Positions 38,053 through 46,813 of a DNA stretch of 49,833 nucleotides are shown here, in pieces (position 1 is the first letter of the stretch; every line of letters begins with the position of its first letter). The notes beneath the pieces were generated by a model, which was given only the letters and a program-made list of their open reading frames with translations, was not told the origin of the DNA and searched no databases. The stretch is taken from the sequence record MT427400.3; one strand, written 5' to 3'. This DNA comes from Escherichia phage phi2013. Both the position numbers and the translations under genes were made by a program.

Positions 38053-38465
38053 TTACAGACAAAGGTGATTATTTAGAGTTTTACGAGCGAGATCCCAGCG
38101 ACACTCGAAAGGAGGACGCTCATCAGGTGGATTGTGTGTCCTGGCTGAAATACAATTTCCCTCACCTTCTATTTTGGCACACTGTCAATGAAGGTGAAAA
38201 AACAATCACATCAGCGCTCAGGGATGAGCAGGCCGGATTACTTAAAGGAGTGTCGGACTTCGTTATCCTGATTGGTGTTAACTCAAGATACCCGTTTGCA
38301 GCAATCGAACTTAAGCGGGTTAATAAGTCAGGCAAAGGAAAGGCGTCACCAGTCAGCGACAAGCAAAGGGAATTTCTCAGAAAGGTCATGGAGCGTGGCG
38401 GCTTCTCTGCCGTCGCATACGGATTTGAGCAATTCAAGATCGCAATTTACGAAATGATGAAATAG
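38049..38465 (+). CDS. VRR-NUC domain nuclease (PD-(D/E)XK)
   Basis: GVSDFVILIG...AAIELKR (D...ExK) and SDKQREFLRKV...GG pattern. Confidence 0.6.
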   Translation: MITDKGDYLEFYERDPSDTRKEDAHQVDCVSWLKYNFPHLLFWHTVNEGEKTITSALRDEQAGLLKGVSDFVILIGVNSRYPFAAIELKRVNKSGKGKASPVSDKQREFLRKVMERGGFSAVAYGFEQFKIAIYEMMK

Positions 38466-38508
38466 CACTTTTTGTTAAAACTGCCGGAATGGAATCTGGC
38501 ATTATTAT
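38463..38508 (+). promoter_or_regulatory. promoter cassette
   Basis: tagcactttttgttaaaac followed about 22 bp later by TATTAT-like hexamer. Confidence 0.4.
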
Positions 38509-38532
38509 CTCACCAACACTAGAGGACTAAAA

Positions 38533-39246
38533 ATGAAAGACTTTAATGATATCGAAACTATCGACTTTGCTGAAACTGGTTGCTCATTCACTCGCGAAGC
38601 AATAGCGTTTGGCGGTTATTATCAGGCACTAAAAACTCCAACATGCAAAGAGATTTCAGGCCGTCGATATAAGGGAACCAATACGCCGGATGTTGTTCGT
38701 GATTTATGGTCAACCCCGCGCGAGGTTATTGCGTACCTTGAGGGGCGTTATGGAAAATACGATCTCGACGCTGCGGCAAGCGAAGAAAATAAAGTTTGCG
38801 AGAAGTTTTATTCTCAGGAAACAAACTGCTTAAAACGTTGGTGGGGTAAAAACAAGCATGTATGGTTAAACCCTCCTTATAGTCGACCTGATATATTCGT
38901 CAAGAAGGCGATCGAGCAAATGGAGCACAATAATCAGATTGATATTCTGTTGCCTGCCGATAATTCTACAGCGTGGTTTACTGAGGCGCGACAGCACGCG
39001 GCTGAAATCATCTGGATTGAAGCTGACTTGACTGAGGATATTGACGGCAACGAGTATGCTCGATCCGGACGACTGGCGTTTATATCCGGTGAAACCGGAA
39101 AGGCCGTAGATGGTAATAACAAAGGTTCGGTAATTTTTATCATGCGCGAACTTAAAGATGGTGAGACGCAGCAAACTCACTATATCCCAATCACAAGCAT
39201 TTGCCCTTCGGTGAAAAACAAGCGCGCAAAAGTGAGGAAAGTATGA
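38533..39246 (+). CDS. DNA N6-adenine methyltransferase (phage Dam family)
   Basis: NPPY motif (WLNPPYS); 237 aa. Confidence 0.7.
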   Translation: MKDFNDIETIDFAETGCSFTREAIAFGGYYQALKTPTCKEISGRRYKGTNTPDVVRDLWSTPREVIAYLEGRYGKYDLDAAASEENKVCEKFYSQETNCLKRWWGKNKHVWLNPPYSRPDIFVKKAIEQMEHNNQIDILLPADNSTAWFTEARQHAAEIIWIEADLTEDIDGNEYARSGRLAFISGETGKAVDGNNKGSVIFIMRELKDGETQQTHYIPITSICPSVKNKRAKVRKV

Positions 39247-39494
39247 TGAACGAGAAAATGATTCCGGTTAAGTTAACTGATCAAGGTTTATGGCTGCTTT
39301 ATCGAGCTACCTGCTGCGAAATTATGGAGCGAAACGGATTGACTCAGGATGTTATTGGTTGCGATCTGTGGGAGTTCACTAGTTCTCTTGATATGTCTTT
39401 CGATGAGATAAAAAATGAATACATAGAGAATTGGCCTTCAATCATACAGAAAGACGTGGAAGAACTTAAAGCTGATACAATCGTACAGCACTAA
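39243..39494 (+). CDS. hypothetical protein
   Basis: ATG overlaps Dam stop (ATGA); SD gtgagga. Confidence 0.45.
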   Translation: MMNEKMIPVKLTDQGLWLLYRATCCEIMERNGLTQDVIGCDLWEFTSSLDMSFDEIKNEYIENWPSIIQKDVEELKADTIVQH

Positions 39495-39528
39495 TTGCTA
39501 AAAATACCCGACGAAAGTCGGGTATAGT
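39487..39528 (+). promoter_or_regulatory. promoter cassette
   Basis: agcactaattgctaaaa; 22-bp spacer with acccgac/gtcgggt hairpin; TATAGT 39523-39528. Confidence 0.5.
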
Positions 39529-39560
39529 TATTTCATAGAAACGAAATGAGGAATCAGAAG

Positions 39561-39770
39561 ATGGCACGCATTAATGCAAACTTTTTCAATATCGCTCAAC
39601 AGTCCGCAAAAATGGCTGTTCATATCACTGACAAGAAAGGCGGCAACTTTGATTGGGATATTTCTATGAACTTCCTAAAAATGGCTTATTACCTCTGCTC
39701 AGTCAAAGAGGTTGAGTGTTTTATTGAAAGCGTGGAGAAACTAACTAATGCTGATAAAAAAACAAGGTAA
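39561..39770 (+). CDS. hypothetical protein
   Basis: ATG 39561 after SD gagga; 69 aa. Confidence 0.4.
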   Translation: MARINANFFNIAQQSAKMAVHITDKKGGNFDWDISMNFLKMAYYLCSVKEVECFIESVEKLTNADKKTR

Positions 39771-40020
39771 ACGCGAGGTTTGGGAACACGCGAAGGAATG
39801 TGGGATCTCAGACGATATAGCGCTAATAGCGAAATATTTCGATATAAAGGATGTTAGCATTATCTCAAACGGCAAGATTTCATTTATGGAAGATATGCCG
39901 AGAAAAATGCATAGAGTTCCAGCAACTCCATCACTTGAGTTTTACCGCGAAGAGGGAAAGAGAATTGAGCGAGAAAGAAAATCCACAAAAAACGGCAAGT
40001 CTTCCCGGCTTAAATATTAA
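39748..40020 (+). CDS. hypothetical protein (uncertain, overlaps alternative frame)
   Basis: 90-aa ORF overlapping the previous gene and the 39851-40252 frame. Confidence 0.25.
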   Translation: MLIKKQGKREVWEHAKECGISDDIALIAKYFDIKDVSIISNGKISFMEDMPRKMHRVPATPSLEFYREEGKRIERERKSTKNGKSSRLKY

Positions 40021-40252
40021 TGCGGACGAATACCAGGCAATATGGATCGGTAAAAAGCAGGTTAAGCAAATTCCTTTCTCTGACTGGTTGCCACCTGACT
40101 TTGTTAACGTGCTTTGCACTATCGGTATTGAGCAGGAGTTGCATATAGGTTACTACTCACCTGGCCGAAACAGTATGATGCTTGAGGTTGACGGAAAACT
40201 CGTTGAGTTTAAATCTTCAGATCTAGGATTCTGGTTGAAGGCTGTGGCATGA
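39964..40252 (+). CDS. hypothetical protein (uncertain start, possibly TTG)
   Basis: track ORF 39851-40252 has no ATG until near its end; TTG 39964 follows a purine-rich stretch. Confidence 0.25.
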
Positions 40253-40330
40253 AACTTTATTTTGCTGTAGTATTAACACCGCTAATTTCATTTTCAGTAA
40301 TGTATTTCATTATCATGTAAGGATTAAAAT

Positions 40331-41482
40331 ATGTCACAAGCTAAAATCACTACCGAGCAACTTGTCGAAGAGCGCATGAACGGCCTTACACTTCGCGAGA
40401 TCGCGGAAAAGTACGGTATGCATATTCGAACTGTTGAGGCTCGACACGCAAAATTGGCAAAAGAAGGCCACTTTCACGGCAATGAGCATGTTGCTAAAAA
40501 CGTTCCTGAAGGCTTCATGGTAAAAGGCACATCAACAATGATTCGCGGTGATGGGACTGAGGTCGTGCGATGGGTTAAGACCGATCAGGACCGTGAGAAG
40601 ATTGCAGCTATGATGGAAGCTGCACGCATTGCATTTTGTGAAGACTTGCCGCGAGCAAAGCCAACTGAGCTGCTCACATCGCAAGGTCTTACAACCTCTA
40701 TTGGAAAGCTGGCACTATACCCGGTGTTCGATCTTCACATTGGCGCGCTTGCTCATAAGCATGAATGTGGAGAGAACTACTCTACCGACGTAGCGGAAAA
40801 AGTGCTTAGCGACTTCTTTAATTACGCGATCGATATTGCTCCGAACGCAGAGAAGGCCGTTCTTTTAATCGGCGGTGACTTCCTTCACTCGGACGGTCTT
40901 GATGCTGTTACCCCGGCAAGTGGTCACGTTCTGGATCAGGATTCACGATATGCAAAATTGGTGCATGTAGCTATTAGATCTGTTCGTCGCGCTATCGACA
41001 AAATGCTACTGAAACACAAAGAAGTCGAGGTCCAGGTTATCGAAGGGAACCACGATCAGTCTGGGATGATTTGGCTGCGCGCTGCAATGTCGGCATATTA
41101 TGAAGACGAGCCGCGAGTATTCGTTGACGTTAGTCCTATGATTCTGCATAAGACTCGTTGGGGAAATACCTTGTTGGGATACACTCACGGGCACACTATG
41201 AAAAAGGCAGAGACTCGACTCGCAGCTATGGCAGCAGATTTCCGCGCAGATTTTGGTGAAAGCAAATACGTGTACACGCATAGCGGTCACTGGCATCACC
41301 AGACAATCACTGAGCACTCACTCGGTATTGATGAGGTTCACGGCCAGTTAGGCGCGAAAGACGCATACGCAGCACGAGGAGGGTGGCGCTCGTATCGCCA
41401 GGCGGCTGTAATTGTTTACGATAAGCAATTTGGGGAAATCGGTCGTTTCATCTATCGTCCAGAAATGACAGGATCGCACTAA
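40331..41482 (+). CDS. calcineurin-like metallophosphoesterase with N-terminal HTH
   Basis: GDFLH, GNHD, GH and GHWHH metallophosphatase motifs; N-terminal LTLREIAEKYGMHIRTV helix-turn-helix. Confidence 0.65.
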   Translation: MSQAKITTEQLVEERMNGLTLREIAEKYGMHIRTVEARHAKLAKEGHFHGNEHVAKNVPEGFMVKGTSTMIRGDGTEVVRWVKTDQDREKIAAMMEAARIAFCEDLPRAKPTELLTSQGLTTSIGKLALYPVFDLHIGALAHKHECGENYSTDVAEKVLSDFFNYAIDIAPNAEKAVLLIGGDFLHSDGLDAVTPASGHVLDQDSRYAKLVHVAIRSVRRAIDKMLLKHKEVEVQVIEGNHDQSGMIWLRAAMSAYYEDEPRVFVDVSPMILHKTRWGNTLLGYTHGHTMKKAETRLAAMAADFRADFGESKYVYTHSGHWHHQTITEHSLGIDEVHGQLGAKDAYAARGGWRSYRQAAVIVYDKQFGEIGRFIYRPEMTGSH

Positions 41483-41516
41483 TTGATAAAAACTCCCGAA
41501 GGGATTCGGGCATAGT
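41476..41516 (+). promoter_or_regulatory. promoter cassette
   Basis: gcactaattgataaaaac; 22-bp spacer with cccgaa/ttcggg hairpin; CATAGT. Confidence 0.4.
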
Positions 41517-41546
41517 AACCACATCGAAAACAAAGAGGCTATATCA

Positions 41547-41723
41547 TGAAGCTAGTTAAGTGCATCCGAAATGATTCCAAAACGCTTCCATTCCGCGTAA
41601 ATCAGATCTATAGTGTTGGTTATGATTTCGGTGGTGGATTATTTGAGGTTTACGACGGGAGAGGCTCGGCAATCCATGTTCCTCTGAACGGTCACTACCT
41701 GGAATTTATTGAGATAGATTAAC
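41547..41723 (+). CDS. small hypothetical protein (58 aa, below track cutoff)
   Basis: SD aaagagg before ATG 41547. Confidence 0.3.
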
Positions 41724-41840
41724 AATAGCATTCATCACCTTACAGGCTGGCATGATTTAGATGCTGGCCTTTTTGCGTTGTGTCAAATAAATTTGAAGGT
41801 TAAAATCAACTCACTTGTTCAAAAAATATATGGTGAGATT

Positions 41841-42056
41841 ATGAAAGAATTTTTAACCGCAGCTACGTCTAGCACGGGCGGGGCTTCATTAGTGGGGGCG
41901 GCGACCGGGCAGCTTTATATTGCTGGCGCTACATTCATTTGCTTTCTGCTTTTTGGTGCTTGGGGCGCATACTGGAAGTATCGTGATAGCAAGGCGATTC
42001 AGGAAGCGTTAAACGATGGCGATCTAAATAAGGCACTTAAGATCAGGGGGAGATAA
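41841..42056 (+). CDS. putative holin
   Basis: 71 aa with hydrophobic segment [19 protein letters not shown] and charged C-terminus; immediately upstream of endolysin. Confidence 0.5.
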   Translation: MKEFLTAATSSTGGASLVGAATGQLYIAGATFICFLLFGAWGAYWKYRDSKAIQEALNDGDLNKALKIRGR

Positions 42057-42544
42057 TGAGCTTAAAAAATAACGTTATAGGCGCATCGATCGGGGCTGCT
42101 TTGACGTTGACGCCTACCCTGCTGGAACGAATCGAAGGGATAGAATACGAGGTGTATTACGATATAGCCGGAGTCCCTACCGTATGCAGCGGAATAACCG
42201 GGCCGGACGTCATACCTGGTAAGAAATACACTAAGCGAGAATGCGATGCATTGCTGATAAAACATATCGGCGTCGCTCAGCGATACGTTGACAAAAAGGT
42301 GAATGTTGATATTCCGGTAACGATGCGCGCGTCACTGTACAGCTTCACTTTCAACGTCGGTACTGGCGCGTTCGGATCTTCTACAATGCTTAAGCTAATA
42401 AATCAGAGTAAGCACAAGGAAGCGTGCAATCAGTTATGGCGATGGGTATACTACTACAACCCAAAAACCAAAAAGCGCGAAGTGTCTAGAGGACTAAAGA
42501 ACCGACGCGCTGAAGAATACGCGTATTGCGTTAAGGAATTATGA
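42056..42544 (+). CDS. endolysin (GH24 T4-lysozyme-like)
   Basis: EG...Y.D..G..T..G catalytic pattern ([23 protein letters not shown]). Confidence 0.8.
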   Translation: MSLKNNVIGASIGAALTLTPTLLERIEGIEYEVYYDIAGVPTVCSGITGPDVIPGKKYTKRECDALLIKHIGVAQRYVDKKVNVDIPVTMRASLYSFTFNVGTGAFGSSTMLKLINQSKHKEACNQLWRWVYYYNPKTKKREVSRGLKNRRAEEYAYCVKEL

Positions 42545-42945
42545 TGAAACTGAAGAAAACGTGCATTGCGATTGCAGTGGCTGTTGGCGTTATTTCCCTA
42601 TCCGGTTGTTCGACGGCATCTGCCCTGAGCGGTTTAATCGGATCTAAACCGGAAGTTACAGCACAAATCGGAGAGGAGAACACAAAGCAATTAGCAGGAG
42701 TAACCGCAAAATCCGAAGATAAGCGAGATGTTAAAGTTGAGAAGTCCAATGTAGGAAAGATTGACTCTTCCTTGAAGAAGTCAATTGAAGTGTCAACCAT
42801 TAAGGCTAACACGGTTAACGCTGAAAGCATCACAGTAACAAAACCGGAAAACTGGTACGATGCTATCGTTGGCTGGATTCTCGTTTTTATCGGTCTATTG
42901 CTGGTTTATTTTTCACTTCGTAAGGACGAAAAAAAGGAGGCTTAG
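42541..42945 (+). CDS. unimolecular spanin (lipoprotein signal plus C-terminal TM)
   Basis: N-terminus [23 protein letters not shown] (lipobox LSGC); C-terminus [13 protein letters not shown] transmembrane; follows endolysin. Confidence 0.7.
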   Translation: MMKLKKTCIAIAVAVGVISLSGCSTASALSGLIGSKPEVTAQIGEENTKQLAGVTAKSEDKRDVKVEKSNVGKIDSSLKKSIEVSTIKANTVNAESITVTKPENWYDAIVGWILVFIGLLLVYFSLRKDEKKEA

Positions 42946-42960
42946 CCTCCTTTGTTATTT
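42930..42960. terminator. bidirectional rho-independent terminator
   Basis: A6 ggaggc tta gcctcc then T-rich. Confidence 0.55.
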
Positions 42961-43066
42961 GTACCTTTTTACGTTAAGTAGTAACTCCCCATCCTGGTCG
43001 CAAAGATTATGCTCGCTTTCGTTACTGGCCCTCATTGAAGTGAGCAACAGACTCAACAACCCTTGC

Positions 43067-43474
43067 TCAAATTCTTCTTTCGTAAGCTGGAGCCTTGCGC
43101 ACAATTCGACGTTCCGATCTATCAATGTTTCTACGTTCTCCAAACAAATCCTCATCACTCATCTCTCCAATGTGCATCATTTCCCACGTATACCGATTGT
43201 TGTAGCCATCAATACACATCAGCTTCATCATTACCGGGCGCTTAATCTTTCCCTTGCACCAGTAAAACCCATCCCTGCAATCAAGATAACCCTCAGTTAC
43301 ACAGCGTGAGCAAAACTCCTTAGATAGCGCGCTTGTAAATTCACGGCGAGTCATTCCTGCGGCCTTAGCAAATCGCTCACTTTCCTTGTGGGCGTATATA
43401 AATTTCGCTATGTGCTGTCGAGTGTATTTGTCGTAACCTTCGCAGAACCTGAACAGATCTAAAAGAAGAAGCAT
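43067..43474 (-). CDS. hypothetical Cys-rich protein
   Basis: 135 aa with 7 Cys; overlaps stop of upstream gene. Confidence 0.5.
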   Translation of the reverse strand: MLLLLDLFRFCEGYDKYTRQHIAKFIYAHKESERFAKAAGMTRREFTSALSKEFCSRCVTEGYLDCRDGFYWCKGKIKRPVMMKLMCIDGYNNRYTWEMMHIGEMSDEDLFGERRNIDRSERRIVRKAPAYERRI

Positions 43475-43478
43475 ATTA

Positions 43479-45047
43479 TTAACCCATCAGTCGAGGGTTG
43501 ATGAAAACAATATCATCAATCCGGCAAGTGTAGTTCATCTCTTCGAGCGTGATCAGCAGGCTGTCGATTCGCTCAGATACTTTCTGTTGACCGTTGAACG
43601 GCGTAACGTTCCGGCACTTTGCAACGATGCTATGAATAGGTGCGCGGCCTTTGTTCTTCTTCGCGATCTCAGTGATAACATCAATCAGCTTACGAGATTC
43701 AGCCTCATCACCTGCATACCCGGCAGCGCTGGCAGATGACAGGTAAGTCCTGGAAAGCTCATTGAAGATCATGATCGCTTCCTGCATTGTTTCAAGGTCA
43801 ATCTCACGATTAGATCGGTTCGGTGATTCACCCTCCCAATTCTTGATCGTGTGAAGAACTGAAGCAATGCGCAAAGCGTGCTTATCGAACTTACCGAGAT
43901 GACCGCGTAGCATTGAGTGAGAGTATTTGCCCCCGGCGGCGAAATCAGGCTCCATCGCCTGGCGAGCAAGGTTTAATTCACGCATAGCGTTACGGCTTAC
44001 AGAGAGAACGACGTTGTCCTCCTTCATAATGTTGTGCACGAGTCTGTAATATTTGCTAACCAGTCCGCGATCTACTTCCTTATACAGCGCATCACCATTT
44101 TCATCGCAAAGAATACGAGTACCTAAAAGCGGTTCCTCTCGAACCAGGAGGAAACGCTCAGATACACCGATACCGCGCTGGCCTGCGTCCATGATACCCT
44201 TGATTGTTTCATCCTGCGCAATGACGCAGATCGAACCGACCGGGCAAAGAGATAAGTTGTTGTCCTGATTTGAACGCGCGACCTCCATATGGTTTTTATC
44301 CCACGCCTTAAGAATAAGCTCGCTGTTTGATTTCTTATCAGAACCGCCATAAGTCAGACCAAGCAATGTATTGATTGCCGTTGCTTCATCAGATATTACG
44401 GAAAAGTGGCCTTGAACAGCCGCAACTTTCGCAAGACCTTCAGGTGTAGGATCTGATACCGCGAAAACAATATCAGCCATCTTCTTGATCTTTTCTTCCA
44501 GTTTTTCCTTGTCTTCGTACAGAGCCGCCGTCGTGTTACCCTTTGGATCGTTTTTTATTTCTTTCTCGACCTGACGTAGCTGACTGGTTAAACGTATGCG
44601 CTCCTTTTTGCGCTCTTCATTCAGTCGCTGAATCTCCGCACGCATAGGTGTAATCGCCGCTGAGTTAATAGCGGACTTACCTGTTGATGGTGGCTGGCTG
44701 ATTACCATGTAAAGCGCGGTCGGCTGTTCTTCGCCGTGATATTGCACCCAAAACTTCCCGAGCATAGCGGCTGAGATGCACCCAATGAAATGAGCGTACG
44801 CAGACGAAACAGGGAACTGTACAGACTCAGCCTTTGCCTTTGCATATTCGAATACCAGGTTATCGCCACCTAACGAAATCAGCGGGAACTTATCGTTTCC
44901 ACTGTTGATATCGATCGGATCTTGCCAAAACGAAACTGAATCCCCATAGCTGTTTTCACGAATTGCGATCGACACCGGATTAACTCCAGTGCTATTTGCG
45001 ATCTCAATAATCTGTTGGTAATTCAATTTTGGCTTAATATTAAACAT
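43479..45047 (-). CDS. P-loop NTPase with SF3-helicase-like Walker A (PPSTGKS)
   Basis: start at ATG 45047 after SD aaggag; Walker A ISQPPSTGKSAI; 522 aa. Confidence 0.55.
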   Translation of the reverse strand: MFNIKPKLNYQQIIEIANSTGVNPVSIAIRENSYGDSVSFWQDPIDINSGNDKFPLISLGGDNLVFEYAKAKAESVQFPVSSAYAHFIGCISAAMLGKFWVQYHGEEQPTALYMVISQPPSTGKSAINSAAITPMRAEIQRLNEERKKERIRLTSQLRQVEKEIKNDPKGNTTAALYEDKEKLEEKIKKMADIVFAVSDPTPEGLAKVAAVQGHFSVISDEATAINTLLGLTYGGSDKKSNSELILKAWDKNHMEVARSNQDNNLSLCPVGSICVIAQDETIKGIMDAGQRGIGVSERFLLVREEPLLGTRILCDENGDALYKEVDRGLVSKYYRLVHNIMKEDNVVLSVSRNAMRELNLARQAMEPDFAAGGKYSHSMLRGHLGKFDKHALRIASVLHTIKNWEGESPNRSNREIDLETMQEAIMIFNELSRTYLSSASAAGYAGDEAESRKLIDVITEIAKKNKGRAPIHSIVAKCRNVTPFNGQQKVSERIDSLLITLEEMNYTCRIDDIVFINPRLMG

Positions 45048-45076
45048 CACAATAAACTCCTTAGTTGACGGTGTGA

Positions 45077-45120
45077 ATGATACACCGCCAATGGTACACG
45101 CGTTTTGCAAAAAGTGCTAT
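45077..45120 (-). promoter_or_regulatory. promoter cassette (minus strand)
   Basis: minus-strand tagcactttttgcaaaa, 22-bp spacer, TATCAT, upstream of ATPase gene. Confidence 0.45.
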
Positions 45121-45123
45121 TGG

Positions 45124-45540
45124 TTATAAGTATTTGGCCTCAAAGGTTGTGCCATCTGCGATACTAAAACCGATCTCTTCGCGAAATAATGTCCAACGGC
45201 ATCCGTCCTCATCAAAGATGTAACCAGCTACGCCGCCGAGAGCGCGACCGCTTTCTACCTGGTAACGCTTTCCAACTTTGAATGATTTTTTCATCGGGTT
45301 GCGATGGTCAAGTCCGGTGCACTTTAGCGTCTTTGTTTTCAACTCGGTGAATTTCGCGAAGAAGATTTCATCAGTTCCGTGAATCTGTAATTCATCATGC
45401 TTTTCAAGTTTTAAATACTTCCCGCATTTTAGTTTTACTTCGCGAGTACCATCATAGCGCTCACGACCTTTATACAAATTGTTTACTTCGAATCCTGTGA
45501 TCTTGTCTGCGGAAGTGCATTTCAGTTTGATGGATTTCAT
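45124..45540 (-). CDS. hypothetical protein
   Basis: 138 aa, SD aggag. Confidence 0.5.
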   Translation of the reverse strand: MKSIKLKCTSADKITGFEVNNLYKGRERYDGTREVKLKCGKYLKLEKHDELQIHGTDEIFFAKFTELKTKTLKCTGLDHRNPMKKSFKVGKRYQVESGRALGGVAGYIFDEDGCRWTLFREEIGFSIADGTTFEAKYL

Positions 45541-45577
45541 GGCGCTAGCTCCTGATTGGTTATCTTGAATAAGGCCA

Positions 45578-45620
45578 CTTTATCAAATGACCTTACGGCA
45601 ATATTAACAAATCGTGCTAT
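45578..45620 (-). promoter_or_regulatory. promoter cassette (minus strand, approximate)
   Basis: minus-strand tagcacgatttgttaa then about 21 bp then TGa-TAAAGT. Confidence 0.4.
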
Positions 45621-45830
45621 TTACCAGGGAATATAATTGTCGTCGTCCTCATCAATATCATCACCAGGTAACTCGAAGTCTGGATTATATTCGCTTTCTG
45701 CGTCCATATCCATATTCCCTAGAGCGTCATCAAGCGTAATTTCTTTATACGCAACCTTTATACACCATTCCGCACTAAGCCCAGCATCAAGAGCGGCAAA
45801 ATAACGAGTCCAGAAATTATCCTGCTCCAT
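45621..45830 (-). CDS. small acidic protein with SSB-tail-like C-terminus
   Basis: about 30% Asp/Glu; ends DDIDEDDDNYIPW, compared with SSB tail DDDIPF. Confidence 0.5.
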   Translation of the reverse strand: MEQDNFWTRYFAALDAGLSAEWCIKVAYKEITLDDALGNMDMDAESEYNPDFELPGDDIDEDDDNYIPW

Positions 45831-45833
45831 CAA

Positions 45834-46058
45834 TCAACCCCATGAATTAATGTAAATTGAGTTAGCCTCAAGCGTAGCGCGCACATCCGCATCTGTTGCA
45901 TTTACTAAGCGCGAGCCTGGCGTGCTGCCGATAACGTTATTACCGTTACGAGCCTTAGTTACCGTCATTGAAATAAAACCGGAAGACTTATCCATTTTGA
46001 TAACTACACGGCCTTTAGCGTTCAGGTGCGTGATGATATTCTCAACTTTAATGCTCAT
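45834..46058 (-). CDS. hypothetical protein
   Basis: 74 aa, SD aagga. Confidence 0.5.
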   Translation of the reverse strand: MSIKVENIITHLNAKGRVVIKMDKSSGFISMTVTKARNGNNVIGSTPGSRLVNATDADVRATLEANSIYINSWG

Positions 46059-46091
46059 TTTTAATTCCTTTGTTTCGTTTGGTGTGGGAGT

Positions 46092-46136
46092 AATATACCT
46101 TACCCCCTATTGTATGTCTTTAGCAATTCGTGCTAT
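46092..46136 (-). promoter_or_regulatory. promoter cassette (minus strand, approximate)
   Basis: minus-strand tagcacgaattgctaaa then about 22 bp then TATATT. Confidence 0.4.
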
Positions 46137-46275
46137 CAGTACTCAGAAATTACTTTGCACTCTTTGATTGTTCCACCCAAAACTACTTTCTGCATCATTG
46201 CTTTTTGTTGGCTATCGTAAACGCGAACATTTTTTACTCTGTTAAATTTGCCAGTATAGAAGGTGTGAATATAAA

Positions 46276-46596
46276 TCATTTTTTACCGTCCCACGTTTGA
46301 TATGCCGTAACCAGGTTAATGCTGTGGTCGAACTCGTCAACGCTAAGCGATCCGATTCTAACAAGCTCTTTGTCGTGCTTAATATCAATCATCCGGCTAT
46401 ATGGATGGCCTGGCACATACTTGAACAGTCGTTTGCTGTCGGCAATGTCTGCGTTGATTCCGTAGAATCGGCCTACCGCCGCCTTAACGCGCTCCATGAT
46501 GTTTTTTTCGTGGATTGCCGCCGCGTTATTTAGTGCCGCAACCGTGCTTCCGTTAATCTTCGGTGACTTCGTTGTGATTTTGTAAGTGTGGTTCAT
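46276..46596 (-). CDS. hypothetical protein
   Basis: start moved to ATG 46596 after SD aggggg (track ORF extends to 46662). Confidence 0.45.
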   Translation of the reverse strand: MNHTYKITTKSPKINGSTVAALNNAAAIHEKNIMERVKAAVGRFYGINADIADSKRLFKYVPGHPYSRMIDIKHDKELVRIGSLSVDEFDHSINLVTAYQTWDGKK

Positions 46597-46612
46597 CATT
46601 CCCCCTAACCAG

Positions 46613-46813
46613 TCAGGATAGCTTTCGCGCTTCATCAATGATAACAGGCTCAAGGCGTTCAAGTCGAACGCGGAACGAGTTCATAAATCCTTCGTTGTTC
46701 TTCAGTAGTTCGAATGCGTCTGTAGCTTCAATGGCGCTATTCCCCATGTAGGCAATTACTTTTTTCTGAGTCTTACGTGAGATCGCCACTACGCGGTAAA
46801 TATTATCACTCAT
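46613..46813 (-). CDS. hypothetical protein
   Basis: ATG 46813 after SD aagagg; 66 aa. Confidence 0.4.
   Translation of the reverse strand: MSDNIYRVVAISRKTQKKVIAYMGNSAIEATDAFELLKNNEGFMNSFRVRLERLEPVIIDEARKLS

Noticed and set aside
41724-41777. Apparent terminator caggctggcatgatttagatgctggcctttttg after the small ORF 41547-41723
   Set aside because: The two gctggc segments are direct repeats, not inverted, so no stable hairpin forms despite the T-run; not called a terminator.
43479-45047. Assignment of the P-loop ATPase to a specific named family such as DUF3987 or a D5-type primase-helicase
   Set aside because: Only the Walker A (PPSTGKS) is recognisable by eye; I cannot verify other family motifs without a profile search, so the call stays generic.
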